Assembly (NCBI GenBank): GCA_032718475.1
Contig: JAUCBJ010007445.1
Span: 1-46,130, forward strand
Length of the DNA stretch: 46,130 nt
Source of the DNA: Nemertoderma westbladi
Lineage: Eukaryota > Animalia > Xenacoelomorpha
Direction: 5' to 3'
Part shown: piece by piece, positions 23,371-35,400 of the stretch
Numbering within the stretch: the stretch's first letter is position 1
How the letters are laid out: each line of letters begins with the position of its first letter
The notes under the pieces: generated by a model
What the model saw: only the letters and a program-made list of their open reading frames with translations
Told to the model about the DNA's origin: nothing
The model's database searches: none
Translations under genes and position numbers: made by a program

Positions 23371-23410
23371 ATAGTAAACGTTTTCGACCTACCGGTCTGC
23401 ATCAGACTAT
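23371..23410 (-). ncRNA. Minimal type-I hammerhead ribozyme motif in the Penelope pLTR
   Basis: ATAGT CTGATGCA GACC-GGTA-GGTC GAAA ACGT TT ACTAT: stem I ATAGT/ACTAT, stem II GACC/GGTC, palindromic minimal stem III. The core is CUGAUGCA rather than CUGANGA. Confidence 0.75.
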
Positions 23411-23956
23411 GTACTGGCAACTAACAGGAAAAGGTGGGGGTCTATATATATATATATAAGTTTTAAAGGGGAATACCTGATAGGTGAATCCCAGAAAGGT
23501 TAACGTGTATGTATGTACTGTATAGCGTAAGGTAATTGTGGTAGGGAAAATACACCCAGTTAGTTGTAAGCTGTCAATCTAAAGTACAAATATAGGGTTG
23601 CAGGTTGGGTTATAAGGTTGGGAGAAATTGATAGGGAAATCCCAGGAGTGGTCATGTGTCTACATACTGAATGGTATAATTGGATTAGGTAGGTTACATA
23701 GGATTATGAGGTATCTACTTAAAGCGCATGGTTAGGTAGAATGCAACATAATGATAGCTGTCTACATATTGGTTAAGGTGATGGGAAGGTTGCCGGGAAT
23801 TTTTACAGAATAAGAAATCACTAGAAACAGAAAAACCAAGACAAAAACAAAAAGGAAGGTAGGGGAAAAGCACATAAAACCCCGGAAATTCGCTATAGAG
23901 GGCACTGTAGTTGTGTAAGATATAGAATATAGGGTGTATTATATAAAACGTTGGGT

Positions 23957-26677
23957 TTAGATTGCTGGTCTTGCTACGTTAAGTGGGGGGTTGTATGTAT
24001 AGATTAGGTTAGCTTCCGTCGCTAGTAGTTCGGGTATGTTTGTGAATTGTTTTATGGTTGCGCTGCGTAGATTTTCTAAACCACAACCGTATATGTGCCT
24101 AGCTAGGAGTATGTCTTCGTGTGTTTTTCCGTCATTGGCTCGTGAGGGGTAGTGTCGAATGTTGTTGCGGTGTCCATTAAAGCGTTCGTGAAGTTTCTGT
24201 CTCGTTTGGCCTATGTAGTATAGAGTAGGGTGGCAGTGGCACCAGGCCAAGTAACATACAGTGTGGGACTTACATGTATAGTGTCCTTTTATCTTTTCAC
24301 CCCATGGTGTCTCTTGTATGTCAGTGATAGTTTTGCATGTAAGGCAGCGGCTAGAGTTACATGGCTCATTAGTGGTGTTATTTGTGTGTGTTTCCGATTG
24401 AGTTTTATTTTTGGTTAGTATGTGATGTGATGTGGGGTTCTTCGTGACTACATTAATGTTGATGTCAAGATCGTAGTTTTGGGAGTATCTACGTACAGTA
24501 TTTTGGAACATGACCTTCATCTGTTGGTTAGTGGATAGGTAAAATGTGGGTTTCGAGTTAGTGTCTTTAGGTCTAGTTTGGGGAGTCCAATGTCTAAGTT
24601 TGTTAAGGAGGTTCTGGGGGTACTGCCTGAATAGACATTCGCCAAGGAATTCGTCTCTAAGTTTGGTATAGTCGTTAGACTCGCTACATCTGCGGTGGAT
24701 GCGTAGGAGTTGGCTACGAATTACGGATAGTAGTAATTTCTTATCATGGAAGCTATTGTAGTGAATCGGGAGTTTATTGCTAGTTGGTTTTTTGTATAAT
24801 GTAGTTGTTAGTGTTTCGTTGTTAATCTGTGTCAAGACGTCAAGGAATGGGAGTGATGTGTGGGAGTATTCAATGGTGAATTGTATATCAGAGTTTTGGA
24901 ATAAGTCGTTACAAGAGGAGTTAGTGATTTTCTGTATGTTGTGAATGTCCTGTTCACTTAATATACGTTGTACTATACCATAGCTGTCGTCAACAAACCG
25001 TTTGTAGAATGGAATAGGGTAAGTTGTATTATCGCCTGGGGGGGTTATGTTTGGATCCGAGGTTGAGGTAGTTTCGTTAGTTATGGTTATATTAGGATCT
25101 GAGATGGATAGGATAGTTTCTGGAATAGTGATGCTGGAATCTGGAGGTGTAAGGTTAGATATTGGGGTCGTTATTATTGGATCTGAGAAAACGAGGTTAG
25201 GTGTAGTGTTTGCTGCTAGTTTAGTTTTATAAGTGACTGAGGTAGTTATATTATTACAGACTGGGGTGGAAGGGGTAGGTTCCGGGGTAGTTATATTAGT
25301 TCCAGGGGTAGTTATGTTAGTTTTGTTAGTTTCAGGGGTATTTATGTTAGTACCATGGGTACTTATGGTAGTTTCAGGGGTAGTTATGTTAGTTTTGTTA
25401 GTTTCAGGGGTATTTATGTTAGTACCATGGGTACTTATGGTAGTTTCAGGGGTAGTTATGTTAGTTTTGTTAGTTTCAGGGGTATTTATGTTAGTACCAT
25501 GGGTACTTATGGTAGTTTCAGGGGTAGTTATGTTAGTTTTGTTAGTTTCAGGGGTATTTATGTTAGTACCATGGGTACTTATGGTAGTTTCAGGGGTAGT
25601 TATGTTAGTTCCAGGGGTAGTTCTGTTAGTTCCAGGGGTAGTTATGTTAGTTTCAGGGGTAGTTATGTTAGTATCGTTAGTTTCAGGGGTAGTTATGTTA
25701 GTTTCATGGGTACTTATGGTAGTTTCAGGGGTAGTTATGTTAGTTTTAGGGGTAGTTATGTTAGTTTCATGGGTAGTTAGGGTAGTTTTGGGGGTAGTTA
25801 TGTTAGTTTCAGGGGTGGTTGTATTAGTTGCAGGGGTAGTTATGGTAGTTCTCTGAGTTTCAGGGGTGTTTTTGATAGATTTTAGGGGAGTTATACTAGG
25901 ATTATATCTGGTCCTGTTAGTAGTGTTGGGATCAGTGGTTGTTGAGCTCGGGTTGGTAGCGGTGGTTAGATCCAGATCGGGTGTGTTAGTATCCAGGTTA
26001 GTTGTGTAAGGGAGTCTGTTTGATACACTCGCGTTTAGGTAGTTATTAATGGGGTTGTTCAGAATGTGGAGGAAGTGTATCTCTAATCTAGATATGGTTA
26101 GGCTAGCGTAGCTTTTCGAGAAACTGCTACCCATGGCTGCGCCTCGTAATTGAAGGTATAGTGTGTTATCAAAAGTGAAGTAGTTACGTTCAAGTATAAA
26201 TCGGACGAGTAGTATAACGTTATCTAATGAGATGAGTGTTTGTTGTGTGAAGTGCGTGTCCTCGGAGAGTGCTTGTCGTAATGCTCTACATCCTACATCA
26301 TGGGTAATGTTAGCGTACATGTCTACTACGTCCAGTGAAATCAGAGTGCAGTCGGGTCCAATATCTCTAGGGAGGGCTGATAGGAAGTCGTCTGTCCCTT
26401 TCAAGTTAGACTCCAGGCGAGTGACCGCGGGTTCTAGAAGGTCGTTAGCAAAGCGGGAAAGTGGGTGTAGAAGGGTGCCCATGGTGGCAACTATAGGTCT
26501 GCCCTTAGGTAAGAGTCTACCGTCGCCCCAGTTTATCCATGATTCCCTGTGGGGCGAGACACGTAGTCGGCGAGCCTTTGCATACGGTTCATATAGGGCA
26601 AATGGGGCATGTCCGTCTGTCTGTCTGTCTGTCCGTCCGTCTGTCTGGTAAATGTTTGAACGCGAATTTCTCGGCAT
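23957..26677 (-). CDS. Penelope-like RT + GIY-YIG endonuclease (first ~43 aa come from an inserted element)
   Basis: GRPIVA, SLDVVDMYANI, NYFTFDNTLYLQLRGAAMGS, RFVDD, LPFLDV, LYKKPT, CxxxxCxxC, YYIGQT, RFNGH, EANLI..LN. Confidence 0.9.
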   Translation of the reverse strand: MPRNSRSNIYQTDGRTDRQTDGHAPFALYEPYAKARRLRVSPHRESWINWGDGRLLPKGRPIVATMGTLLHPLSRFANDLLEPAVTRLESNLKGTDDFLSALPRDIGPDCTLISLDVVDMYANITHDVGCRALRQALSEDTHFTQQTLISLDNVILLVRFILERNYFTFDNTLYLQLRGAAMGSSFSKSYASLTISRLEIHFLHILNNPINNYLNASVSNRLPYTTNLDTNTPDLDLTTATNPSSTTTDPNTTNRTRYNPSITPLKSIKNTPETQRTTITTPATNTTTPETNITTPKTTLTTHETNITTPKTNITTPETTISTHETNITTPETNDTNITTPETNITTPGTNRTTPGTNITTPETTISTHGTNINTPETNKTNITTPETTISTHGTNINTPETNKTNITTPETTISTHGTNINTPETNKTNITTPETTISTHGTNINTPETNKTNITTPGTNITTPEPTPSTPVCNNITTSVTYKTKLAANTTPNLVFSDPIITTPISNLTPPDSSITIPETILSISDPNITITNETTSTSDPNITPPGDNTTYPIPFYKRFVDDSYGIVQRILSEQDIHNIQKITNSSCNDLFQNSDIQFTIEYSHTSLPFLDVLTQINNETLTTTLYKKPTSNKLPIHYNSFHDKKLLLSVIRSQLLRIHRRCSESNDYTKLRDEFLGECLFRQYPQNLLNKLRHWTPQTRPKDTNSKPTFYLSTNQQMKVMFQNTVRRYSQNYDLDININVVTKNPTSHHILTKNKTQSETHTNNTTNEPCNSSRCLTCKTITDIQETPWGEKIKGHYTCKSHTVCYLAWCHCHPTLYYIGQTRQKLHERFNGHRNNIRHYPSRANDGKTHEDILLARHIYGCGLENLRSATIKQFTNIPELLATEANLIYTYNPPLNVARPAI
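25265..25870. repeat. Coding minisatellite: 21-bp units (TTPETNI) with a 72-bp higher-order repeat, ~4 copies
   Basis: GTTTCAGGGGTAGTTATGTTA-type units. The 24-aa block TTPETTISTHGTNINTPETNKTNI repeats in frame. Confidence 0.95.
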
Positions 26678-27163
26678 CGCTCGTTCGGAATTGAACCAAA
26701 CTTAGTAGGTAAGTAGTAGAGAGAAAGTTTAGAAAGTTTGTAAAGTTTGGTGAAAAATCATGCAGTCTGACGTCAGCTACGACAGATTATGTGGTTTTTA
26801 GAAAATGTTAAATTTCTCGGGAAGGCCTCATTTTCCTGAGCTGAAATTTTGGTGGCCTGTAGAGAATCATGAAGTCTATCTTTTACGAAATTGAAAAGTT
26901 AAGACATTTAATTGGGGATCCGCTAGAGACTCAGAAGTAATGACATAGGCCTACCGGTACGGTACTGCTGTACAGTGCTGCACTGGTAAATACGAAATTG
27001 CAGAATAACAATTTGACACCACCTAGCGGATTAACATATGATTGTATATCGAATGAATACATTTATAGCATGGGATATGGGGTCCAAACTAGACATGCCC
27101 CATTTGCTCTATATGAACCGTATGCCAAGGCTTGCCGACTACGTGCTGCGCGAAGTCCCCACG
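26549..27163. mobile_element. Non-autonomous DINE-1/HINE-like (or MITE) insertion in the Penelope ORF
   Basis: Inverted repeats of ~54 bp (26560-26613 vs 27092-27145) and a (GTCY)n microsatellite at 26611-26646. It splits the Penelope KDHK / GRPIV motifs. Ends are approximate. Confidence 0.7.
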
Positions 27164-28058
27164 AACGTGTCCTTGTGGTCTTTAATAGTGCAGTAGAAGT
27201 ACGCTATCTTAGGGTGTTTAGGTAGTAGTAGTGGGTGTAGTGTGTGTTTGGTGTCGATATTACAGGTTTGTAGTAGTGCGTCAAGTTGTGTTCTGTATTT
27301 ATTAGTAGGGTCTTTAGTTAATGTAGTATAGGTGTTAGGGTCTCTTAAAATACGTAAGCATTCAATTTTATAGTCATTGGTATCTAGGATTACAGTGTTA
27401 CCAGATTTATCGCCCCTATACAGATAGATACGAATGTTAGTGTTGGACTTGAGTGATTTGAGGACAGTTCGTTGTTGTTTCGTAAGGTTGTCCTGAGGTA
27501 CATTTTTGGGGAGACATTGGGTGCCATCACCTTAAGGGGGGGGGGGGGGGGGGGTACACCATTTTGGTCCAAAATATGTCGAAATTTTTTTTATGGTCTA
27601 TTATAATGCACCATTGAATGGTGTTTCCAAATATGAAAACCGCTATTTAATAGCTCTTTTAGTTTTTAAGTTATGTAAATTTCCATTTAGGGAATCCTAT
27701 TGAAATTACTATTACTATGTATAATGAAAGGTCGATTATCTCCAAATATTTTTTTCATGAAAGTGTCAACTTCAAAACCCTACTACTTCTACAATTTTTG
27801 AGTAATTAGTCTGAAACTTCCTGTGGGTGTCTAGATAGCCACCCTGCATAAAAGTATCAGGCAACTTTTCGAAATTTTTTGTTAATAAAATTTAATACTA
27901 TTTATAAAAAACCTAAAAATTTGCATAAATTTGCAGCGCCACCTAGCGGTGCAGACTTATTTTAACAAGATTTCGCCTGATAGTTATGTTGCCCTATCTT
28001 TGATCTATCATATAAAAAAACTTTCATGTGATTAAAATCAAAACTGTAAAAGCCTTAG

Positions 28059-29314
28059 TGTACGCGCTTTTGAAGACCTTTAGCAGTTTAACCTGCCAAA
28101 ATTTATATGTCTTTTGATTTATAAATATACTTTAGAAGATGACAAATATTTAATACCAATAAACAAAACATTAGCAGAAGCCAGCCTAGTGCGCGTCCAT
28201 TCACCCGCTGGATAATCCCGGGAGGCTGGATTCTGTCGGCTTAGATTATTATTGCAGTGAAGCTTACGGTATTGTATTATTCGATTGATCGTTAATAATT
28301 AATTTCTGACTAATATTATTCACTTTCGGGAAATATTAACAGTTCCTTTTAGGACGTGGCGCTCTATCTAAGTAAACAGAGATATGACTTATACTAATCA
28401 CAACGGTAAGTCGGTAAGGCTTATGATTCACGTATGAGGCGCATTCTTTAGGAAATGCTTAGTTATCAGCCACAATCATGCACACTACCGGTAACGCACA
28501 ATACTGCTCACTAATTTGCCGACCGTCAATGAATTTTATCATATATAAAGAGAATAGCAACGGACTCATGTAGGGCTTATCAAATAGCATTAAATTCAAT
28601 ACACACCACAATAATATAAGTCGCAATCGCTATATATATAACCCGCCTCTCTAACCTGTAGTGTATCAAGAAAATTGGGAAATTTGGGTTCTTTATAAAT
28701 GTTCTCCAAATAATATTCAATCCACTGATATAAGATATGACAACAGTACAACATTAAGACGGTAGGTTAAGATATGATATGCACTGATATGGACCGATAT
28801 GTGAGTTGTTATGAACCGTGAATTGATAACAGTCATACGCTCTATAATCTTAAGCCTACTAATGTTTCTTTCTAGAGCCGTTGTTTCTGGCTTAGACAGC
28901 AATAACAACAAAGTATCAAGTAAAAACAGTAAGACTGAACACTCTCCTTATGATCGACCGAAAAGCTACACGTCGACAGGAAAAATCGCTCTGATTGGTT
29001 CAAGCCAAACAAAGAACCATGCGTCCAATGGCTGTTTCCATGTCAGCAACCAGCTGTTAGATGTCGTAATATGAATCATCACGGCTAAGCTATGAAAGGT
29101 ATTTGTCGCATTGCAGGTTTTTTGTCTTACCATGTCCGCTAAAACACGTATATAGCAGAATGACTTTTATGTCCGTTAAAACACCTGTAACGGTACCTTG
29201 AGGGCGAGGGGAATATATATACAGTTAGAGAACCTTTTTAGAGTATTCCAGCGCCTGGGGGGAAACTGGATTGCGAAGCAAAGGGGCCAGTTATATCCCA
29301 CAGAAGCTTTTACA
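28059..29314 (-). repeat. 3' LTR of the BEL/Pao element
   Basis: Direct repeat of 41670-42925. I noticed one substitution by eye (28151 T vs 41762 C). Confidence 0.95.
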
Positions 29315-29392
29315 CCGCTCCCAGAAAATGGGATTTGAGTCTATAAAATATACAAAATCACAGTTTCTAATATACGTAAATACTCTAAACAG

Positions 29393-30841
29393 TTAGTCTT
29401 TCTTGCGCGGACGGCGTTTACGCAGTTTTTTAAAGCTAGCCAGAGTCCTTTTCTCTTTGGGGCGAGCCACTTTACAAGGAGGGCTATAACTCCTGGGTGA
29501 AGGGTGCAATATGATTGCATCAGAGGGTGTAGGATTATGGTCGGTGTATCCGTCAGTCGAAGTACCGGGTTGATTGACATCAACGTCAGGTGAGAGGGGT
29601 CTAACGGCTTTGAGAGCTCGTTTCAAGACAGCCGCTCTTACGGGTCCTTTACGAGTGGTCTGAACGAGGGCCGTGGGTGGACCATAGGCAGTTAGAAACT
29701 TCCGGGGTTTAATGGTCCTTTCCAACTCGCGTTCGCGGGCTCGGTATTCGTAAGGCCGTCGATATACTTCCTGTAACTCAGGGTGTGAGTTAACAAACAA
29801 GTCTCCATAGTCCGGATCCTGACGGATATAATTGATTAAGTTATAGGAATGAAGGTCGCTAGGATTAACACTCCTGAGAAATTTGCGTACGAATTTGGTT
29901 GAAATACATTCTCCGACGCGCTTCAGTAGCTCGTAACTTGATATGCGTGATTTCTGTTCAACCGAAGCGAATAGATAAGGATGGAACGCATAAACTCCTT
30001 CGTAAGCGCGTCCGGGATAATAGCGATGGCGCGAATCACAATGTAAATCAGCGTTCGCTTCCCAAGCTCTGATGTAACGCAGTGTGATCATTTCATCTAC
30101 GCTTTCCAAATCGTGATTAAAAGGGCAGTCGAAACTAGCATGTCCCTTTAGTTGACAATGGTGACATTGAGTCATAAATTGAGGGCAAACCGCAAAGATA
30201 TGCAGGTTATTGAGTCTGCAATATGCGCAATAAATTTCCATAGTCGGTTGTTCTTGGAAATAGGAACAGCGGACGTTGGTGTCCATGGGCGTATCGTGGT
30301 CTCTCGATGCGCATAACCGACAACGTTGCCTAGAAACATAGTTGGCATGTCGATAATCGTACGCAGTGAGACACTGTGGACCTTGATACCATTCTAGGAT
30401 GTAATCGTTGTCGCTGTTCCGGGCGCGATAGGCTGAATCTCCTCAGATTCTAGGCATATTGGTTCGTCTTCCCAGTCTGTTACGAATATAATTTTCGTGA
30501 TCTATTCTCGGTTTATCGTTCCGACTCCGCTGGGTATGATATTTAAATAGAACCATTTCCCTTTCGGTGTCTACATCGTCCGTATCATGTAAATCGATAG
30601 GATGGCCGGTAGTTAGGAAGTCCATATACGTACTATTACGATGCGTATAGCGCGCGGTGGATTTTCGATAGTCCAATTCACGCGCAAGTTGCTCTTGGGA
30701 CATCGGCGGTTCGATATAACGACCATCGTCCTCCGTAATGGTTGGATCGGCTTCACCGCGTATTAAGCTATCCACAAATGCTTGCAAAGGTAGAGTATAT
30801 CGCTCCTTGATACCAAGATCATCTTCTATCAACTCCGTCAT
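29393..30841 (-). CDS. Accessory 3' ORF of the BEL element with zinc-knuckle-like motifs, interrupted by one in-frame TGA (30445-30443)
   Basis: ORFs 30443..30841 and 29393..30286 share a frame and the 52 codons between them are open. Motifs CRLCASRDH..C, CAYCRLNNLHIFAVC and CHHCQLKGHASFDC, with a basic tail KKLRKRRPRKKD. Confidence 0.6.
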
Positions 30842-31654
30842 ATCTGCTATCTGAGTTTGTTAATATCGAAATGAGTTTATGTTTAGGCGAGCGGACGTCG
30901 CTGCCCACCTCTCTTTGCCCCCGGACAGTGGGATCCTCAGCGCCGATGTACCGTTGTCGCGGTGTTTACGCCAACATGTAGCAACATCACGACAACGATA
31001 ACCGGCACAAGTCACTCCACTGTCCGTCCCAAAGGCTTGAATCCACTTTAGGTTCTTTCTATAGGAGAGTTGGGTTACTTTCACAATTGCGACTAGCTAC
31101 TGTAAACACACCTTAGCAGTAACATTCACCTACAAACGCACAAATTCCACACAACTGTCACCAATTGTACACATACAGGCCATTTGTCCGTTAGTCAGTG
31201 CCTTCCAGAATGTCACGTTATTACTGTGTATCCTTGGATACTAACAGTGTGCTATATTCTCTATGCTATGCAATGGGACAAGCTTTCTATTGTTCTTTTA
31301 ACTTGCTTCTAATTCTAGCGTGGGTGTTGCTATGGTGACATTATGGAATGCTAGCGGTAGAATTAGGGTAATTCTCATGCATACAGATCTGGGATGCTAT
31401 TTAATAATAATTCTTTAATTGTCAATATCCTCTTTATGCATGATTTTATTAATTTTATCGGCTATTGACTATATGTTGGAGATTCTCGCACTCTAATACA
31501 CTCAATAGGATGAATCTCCGCTCCCATGATCTATTAATTAATGGAATTTTGGGAATGTTATAAATTGTACAAAATGACAATTTATGAAATTCATTTAAAA
31601 TATGAATTTAAATTTATTCCCGTGAATTTTATTATTTGATGTTAAAATTGACAC

Positions 31655-31920
31655 AATTTGATTCCAGAGCAGGTCTGGGGACATAGGATCCTTAATTCTA
31701 TGAAATTTGTCTTTTAAGAGTATCGGTAAGTGCTACGATATCTTAATCGACTAGAATTGTTAACGGATCTGAATTTTACAGATTTTAATAAATATTAAAT
31801 TAATATTTAAGATGGGCACCGATTTATTCCAGAACTTGTCTGGGGACGTTAACCACTGATTCTAGAATTTGTCTTTCAAGTATATCGGTGGGTGCCGCGA
31901 TATCTTAATCGACTAGAATT
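31655..31920. repeat. Diverged ~165-bp tandem duplication inside the BEL element
   Basis: ATTCCAGA..TCTGGGGAC..ATTTGTCTTT.AAG..TATCGGT..TCTTAATCGACTAGAATT occurs twice. Confidence 0.7.
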
Positions 31921-32470
31921 ACAGATGGTCAAAAGGTTTAACAGATTTATTTGCGTTTTACGCTACTGTTAGAGGGACATCACGCTACTATATGTATTAT
32001 TTAATATAAGGTAGAAGAGCAATATCGCACGAAGCAATGTCAGTGTGAAGAGGCAAGTCGTTTCCAAGGTCTACCCAGAGCTTGGTTTAGCCGAGACACG
32101 AGGATCTGAACTTTGCATTCCTAATACTCTGCCTACCAATAATACTTGAATATAGTAGTGGCTTTATTGTACTTTAATAAGTACGGACATTTCATCTTAC
32201 TGTAGTCACGTATTTATAATATGATACAGACAGTAAGGAAAGAGAAAAATAATTATTTTCTCGCCGTCGCACTAAATGTATATTATAAGTAATTACGTAC
32301 GTAATAAACACTAATATATTGCACTAATCTACTAAATAATCACTAAAATAACATTCTACTAAATAAAATTGAATAAAAATGATTATAATAACATTACATA
32401 ATAATACATACATAAATATAAAATAAAACAAATATAAAATGATATAGTCACACGCCCACTCCACATGCTA

Positions 32471-35400
32471 TCACGTTATGGAGTCCCTAGATATTTGTCG
32501 GATTAGGGAAGTAGTCGTAGGAAGAGTATCTTGCCTTCCATAGTTTCCGGACAGTTTTCGGTCTCTTTCCAGTAAACATAAACGACTAGCTGGGCGATTG
32601 AGTTGTTGTGTTACTTTCTCCGCTCCCTTGGCCTGTCTAACCTCCGCCGTGGTAAGATGAGGAGGCCATTCTTCTTCTTCTTTACTTAAGAAGTCGGATC
32701 CACCTAACCAGCCTGGAGTATCTATCAGTTCTTGAGGAGTTGCTCCTCTGGAAGCGATGTCGGCTGGATTAATCGTCCCAAGGCAATGTCTCCATTGATC
32801 TACATTGGAGTTAATATCGTCATTATCTGAGGAGTATGGTGTTCCCTCAGTTGGATCGTCCACATCACTGCTCTCCACTTCCCATTCCTTTACTTGGTAT
32901 ACCTGTTGTTGAGGTAATCTCTCTTTGAGAGTTCTACGGGAAGGGCCAGTGAAGTACCAACCTACTCTAGTTCTTACCGCATAGGTTTGTAGTGGCTGCG
33001 GTTGAGCAGGCCGTTTCTCCAATGTCTCGAGCGCCTCATGCGCGTTTTGGCCGATGAGTATTTGCACTCCAGGAGAATCTGTCTGGAATCGAGGTATCTT
33101 AAGATGTTGGATGCTCTCATCCTCGTCCCAATTATAAAGGTCTGCTTGGGTAGTAGCGAAGTTCTTTATAGCCACCATTTTTACTGACCTTATACTTTGT
33201 GCTCCTAATTTATCCTGGGGGGTGGACAACGCACCTACATAGTAGTCTGCCGTTAGGGTAGATTTCCAAACCTGCATAATTCCTGACATATTCAATTTAG
33301 TCCAGAACTTGGGTTGTCCAGCAAAGATATCTTCGGCTAGTTCTTGATCGATGAATGTTCCTGTACTGCCGGAGTCAAGGAGGGCGTTCACTATGTAACT
33401 TTTGTTAAGACCGTGAACTCTTACCTGCACTACAGGAAATTCTCTGATTCCTACGTTGGAAGTTGGAGCTTTCCAAGATGGTTGTTTGGCAAAAGTAGTT
33501 GGGGGAAACTCATTGTTGGTGTCCTTTTCATAAGTAAGTGCTCGATACACTGCGGTATTGATTAGATAACAGGATTCGTTGGCGTCGGAGAATTCGTCAG
33601 TATAGAATCCTTCCATCTCAGATTCTTGATCAGTGTCGTTTACATCACTGAATTGGACATGTAGTTCGGGCTCACTTACCTGACTCAGTTTGTCTCGTTC
33701 GAACTCACTGTGTAACAAGATGTGATGTTTCGCGCCACACTTTGCACACTTTATGTCGGAGTAACAGGTTCGCCATTGGTGTCCTGATCTGAGGCAATTA
33801 TAGCATAACCGCTTATTCCACAGGACTGTACGTCTGTCTACAAGGGATTTCTTTAGAAATTCAGCACACGCACTCAAACGGTGGGGCCCGTCGCACAGCG
33901 CACATTTTGGTTTGATGTTACTCACCTTAACTTGGTTAACGTTCTGCACTCTCGTTCTTTCTTCGGGCTTTCTTCCGTGAATTCTCTTAGGAGACGTAGG
34001 AGGAATTGTTATTACCTGTTCTCTCCTGTCACTGGTTCGAGACTTGTATTTACTTACGTCTTTATAGGTCTTGTTGTCATAGTAAGATTTTGCTGTGTCT
34101 TTCCCGCTGTCCTCTTCTTGAGAAGCTTGGCTTTCGCCGTCGTCAGTATAACACACTGGTATTATCCTTCTCCTAGAAACGGGTTTCTCACTTACCTTAT
34201 TTTCCGATGTTTTCTCTCTGGACTGCCTTATGAGTTGTAATTTTACTTCACTATCTAAGAAAGACATGAGATCAGCCATGTTAGGACTTCGTCGTTGTTG
34301 TTCATTCATGTACAACACTTTCTTGTCCCAGCGTGTACATACTCCACCCTTTGGTAAAGTAGAGACTACGGCTCCAATAACCATGGAACTCTGATATTCA
34401 TGCGACTTACCTAACCAGTCCAGTTGTCTACAGATCTCTTGAATTTCATCGGAAAACTCTATAATCCCGCTACTAAGGAAGTGTCGGGGGGCTACTAATT
34501 TTGCATACAAATACTTAGCTATGTTATCCTTGTTACCATACCTGATGTTTAATGTATCCCAAACTTGTCTTAATCCATCTGGATGTCCAATAAACTTTAA
34601 TGCCATTAACTTGGGAGGTCCTTCCAAGCACTTGATGAGGAATCTAAGTTTCTCTCCGTTAGATAGTACAGAGTTCTGTATGCTATCTTTGTAATATTCG
34701 TTGAAAGGTAACCATTTCATCTCATCTCCATTGAATTTGACGATCTCTCCCACTTTGACCGCTTGGCGGGCTTCTGTTCTAGCCATCTGACGCGTAAAGC
34801 TTTCTTGGGCCATCGTGTTATTTAATATCGAATTATCGGTATATAAATTTCTCGGATCATTATCAGGTCTATAGGGAATATCATTAATAACAGGTCTATA
34901 ATCACCCTTAATAGGGTTTGCTATAGGAGTTTCAACTTCACTAGCAGTATAGATGCGTGTAGGCTCCACACCTTGCGCATGTAATACTTCAGACCTAACA
35001 GGTTGACACAATGTTACAGGGGGTATTGGTATGCCCTTTTGGATATTGACTAATTTGTCGCGTTCTAGTGCGATACTTTGCTGCACTTCTTGCAACTCTG
35101 CTCTACCTTCCCTCACTGTTCCCTTAAGTTGGTGGACAGTCTCCTGCATCTGTCCTAGCAGGAGATTCATCCCCCGCCGTCCCTCCTCTACCCACTCAAC
35201 CGCCGAAGCGGGAGTCGCCAACATAGTAGCGGGCTGACGCGGGACGACGGGAGACAAATTATTGATTTCTCTCTCTGCTATCTGGACAGGGGTATTCTCT
35301 TGGACTGTTCCACCGGGTACAGGCAGTGTAGTACTATGTAAAGGGAATTTAGAGTTAAGCTCTGGAAGTGCAGGGGTCTCTAGCACAGAAGTGACTTTGG

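Larger units (their letters stand above)
23300..27531 (-). mobile_element. Penelope-like retroelement body (5'-truncated, interrupted at ~26549-27163)
   Basis: The N-terminal remnant at ~27165-27520 (NLTKQQRTVLKSLK..DKSGNTVILDTNDY..DP..YFYCTIKDHK) continues into GRPIVA, RT and GIY-YIG, followed by a 3' pLTR with a hammerhead motif. The 3' boundary is approximate. Confidence 0.88.

Noticed and set aside
25233-25856. Plus-strand Val-rich ORFs
   Set aside because: They are antisense shadows of the coding minisatellite.
28717-29074. Short ORFs inside the LTRs (also 42328-42685, 37699-37890, 39976-40167)
   Set aside because: They have no recognisable motifs and recur only because the LTRs are duplicated.
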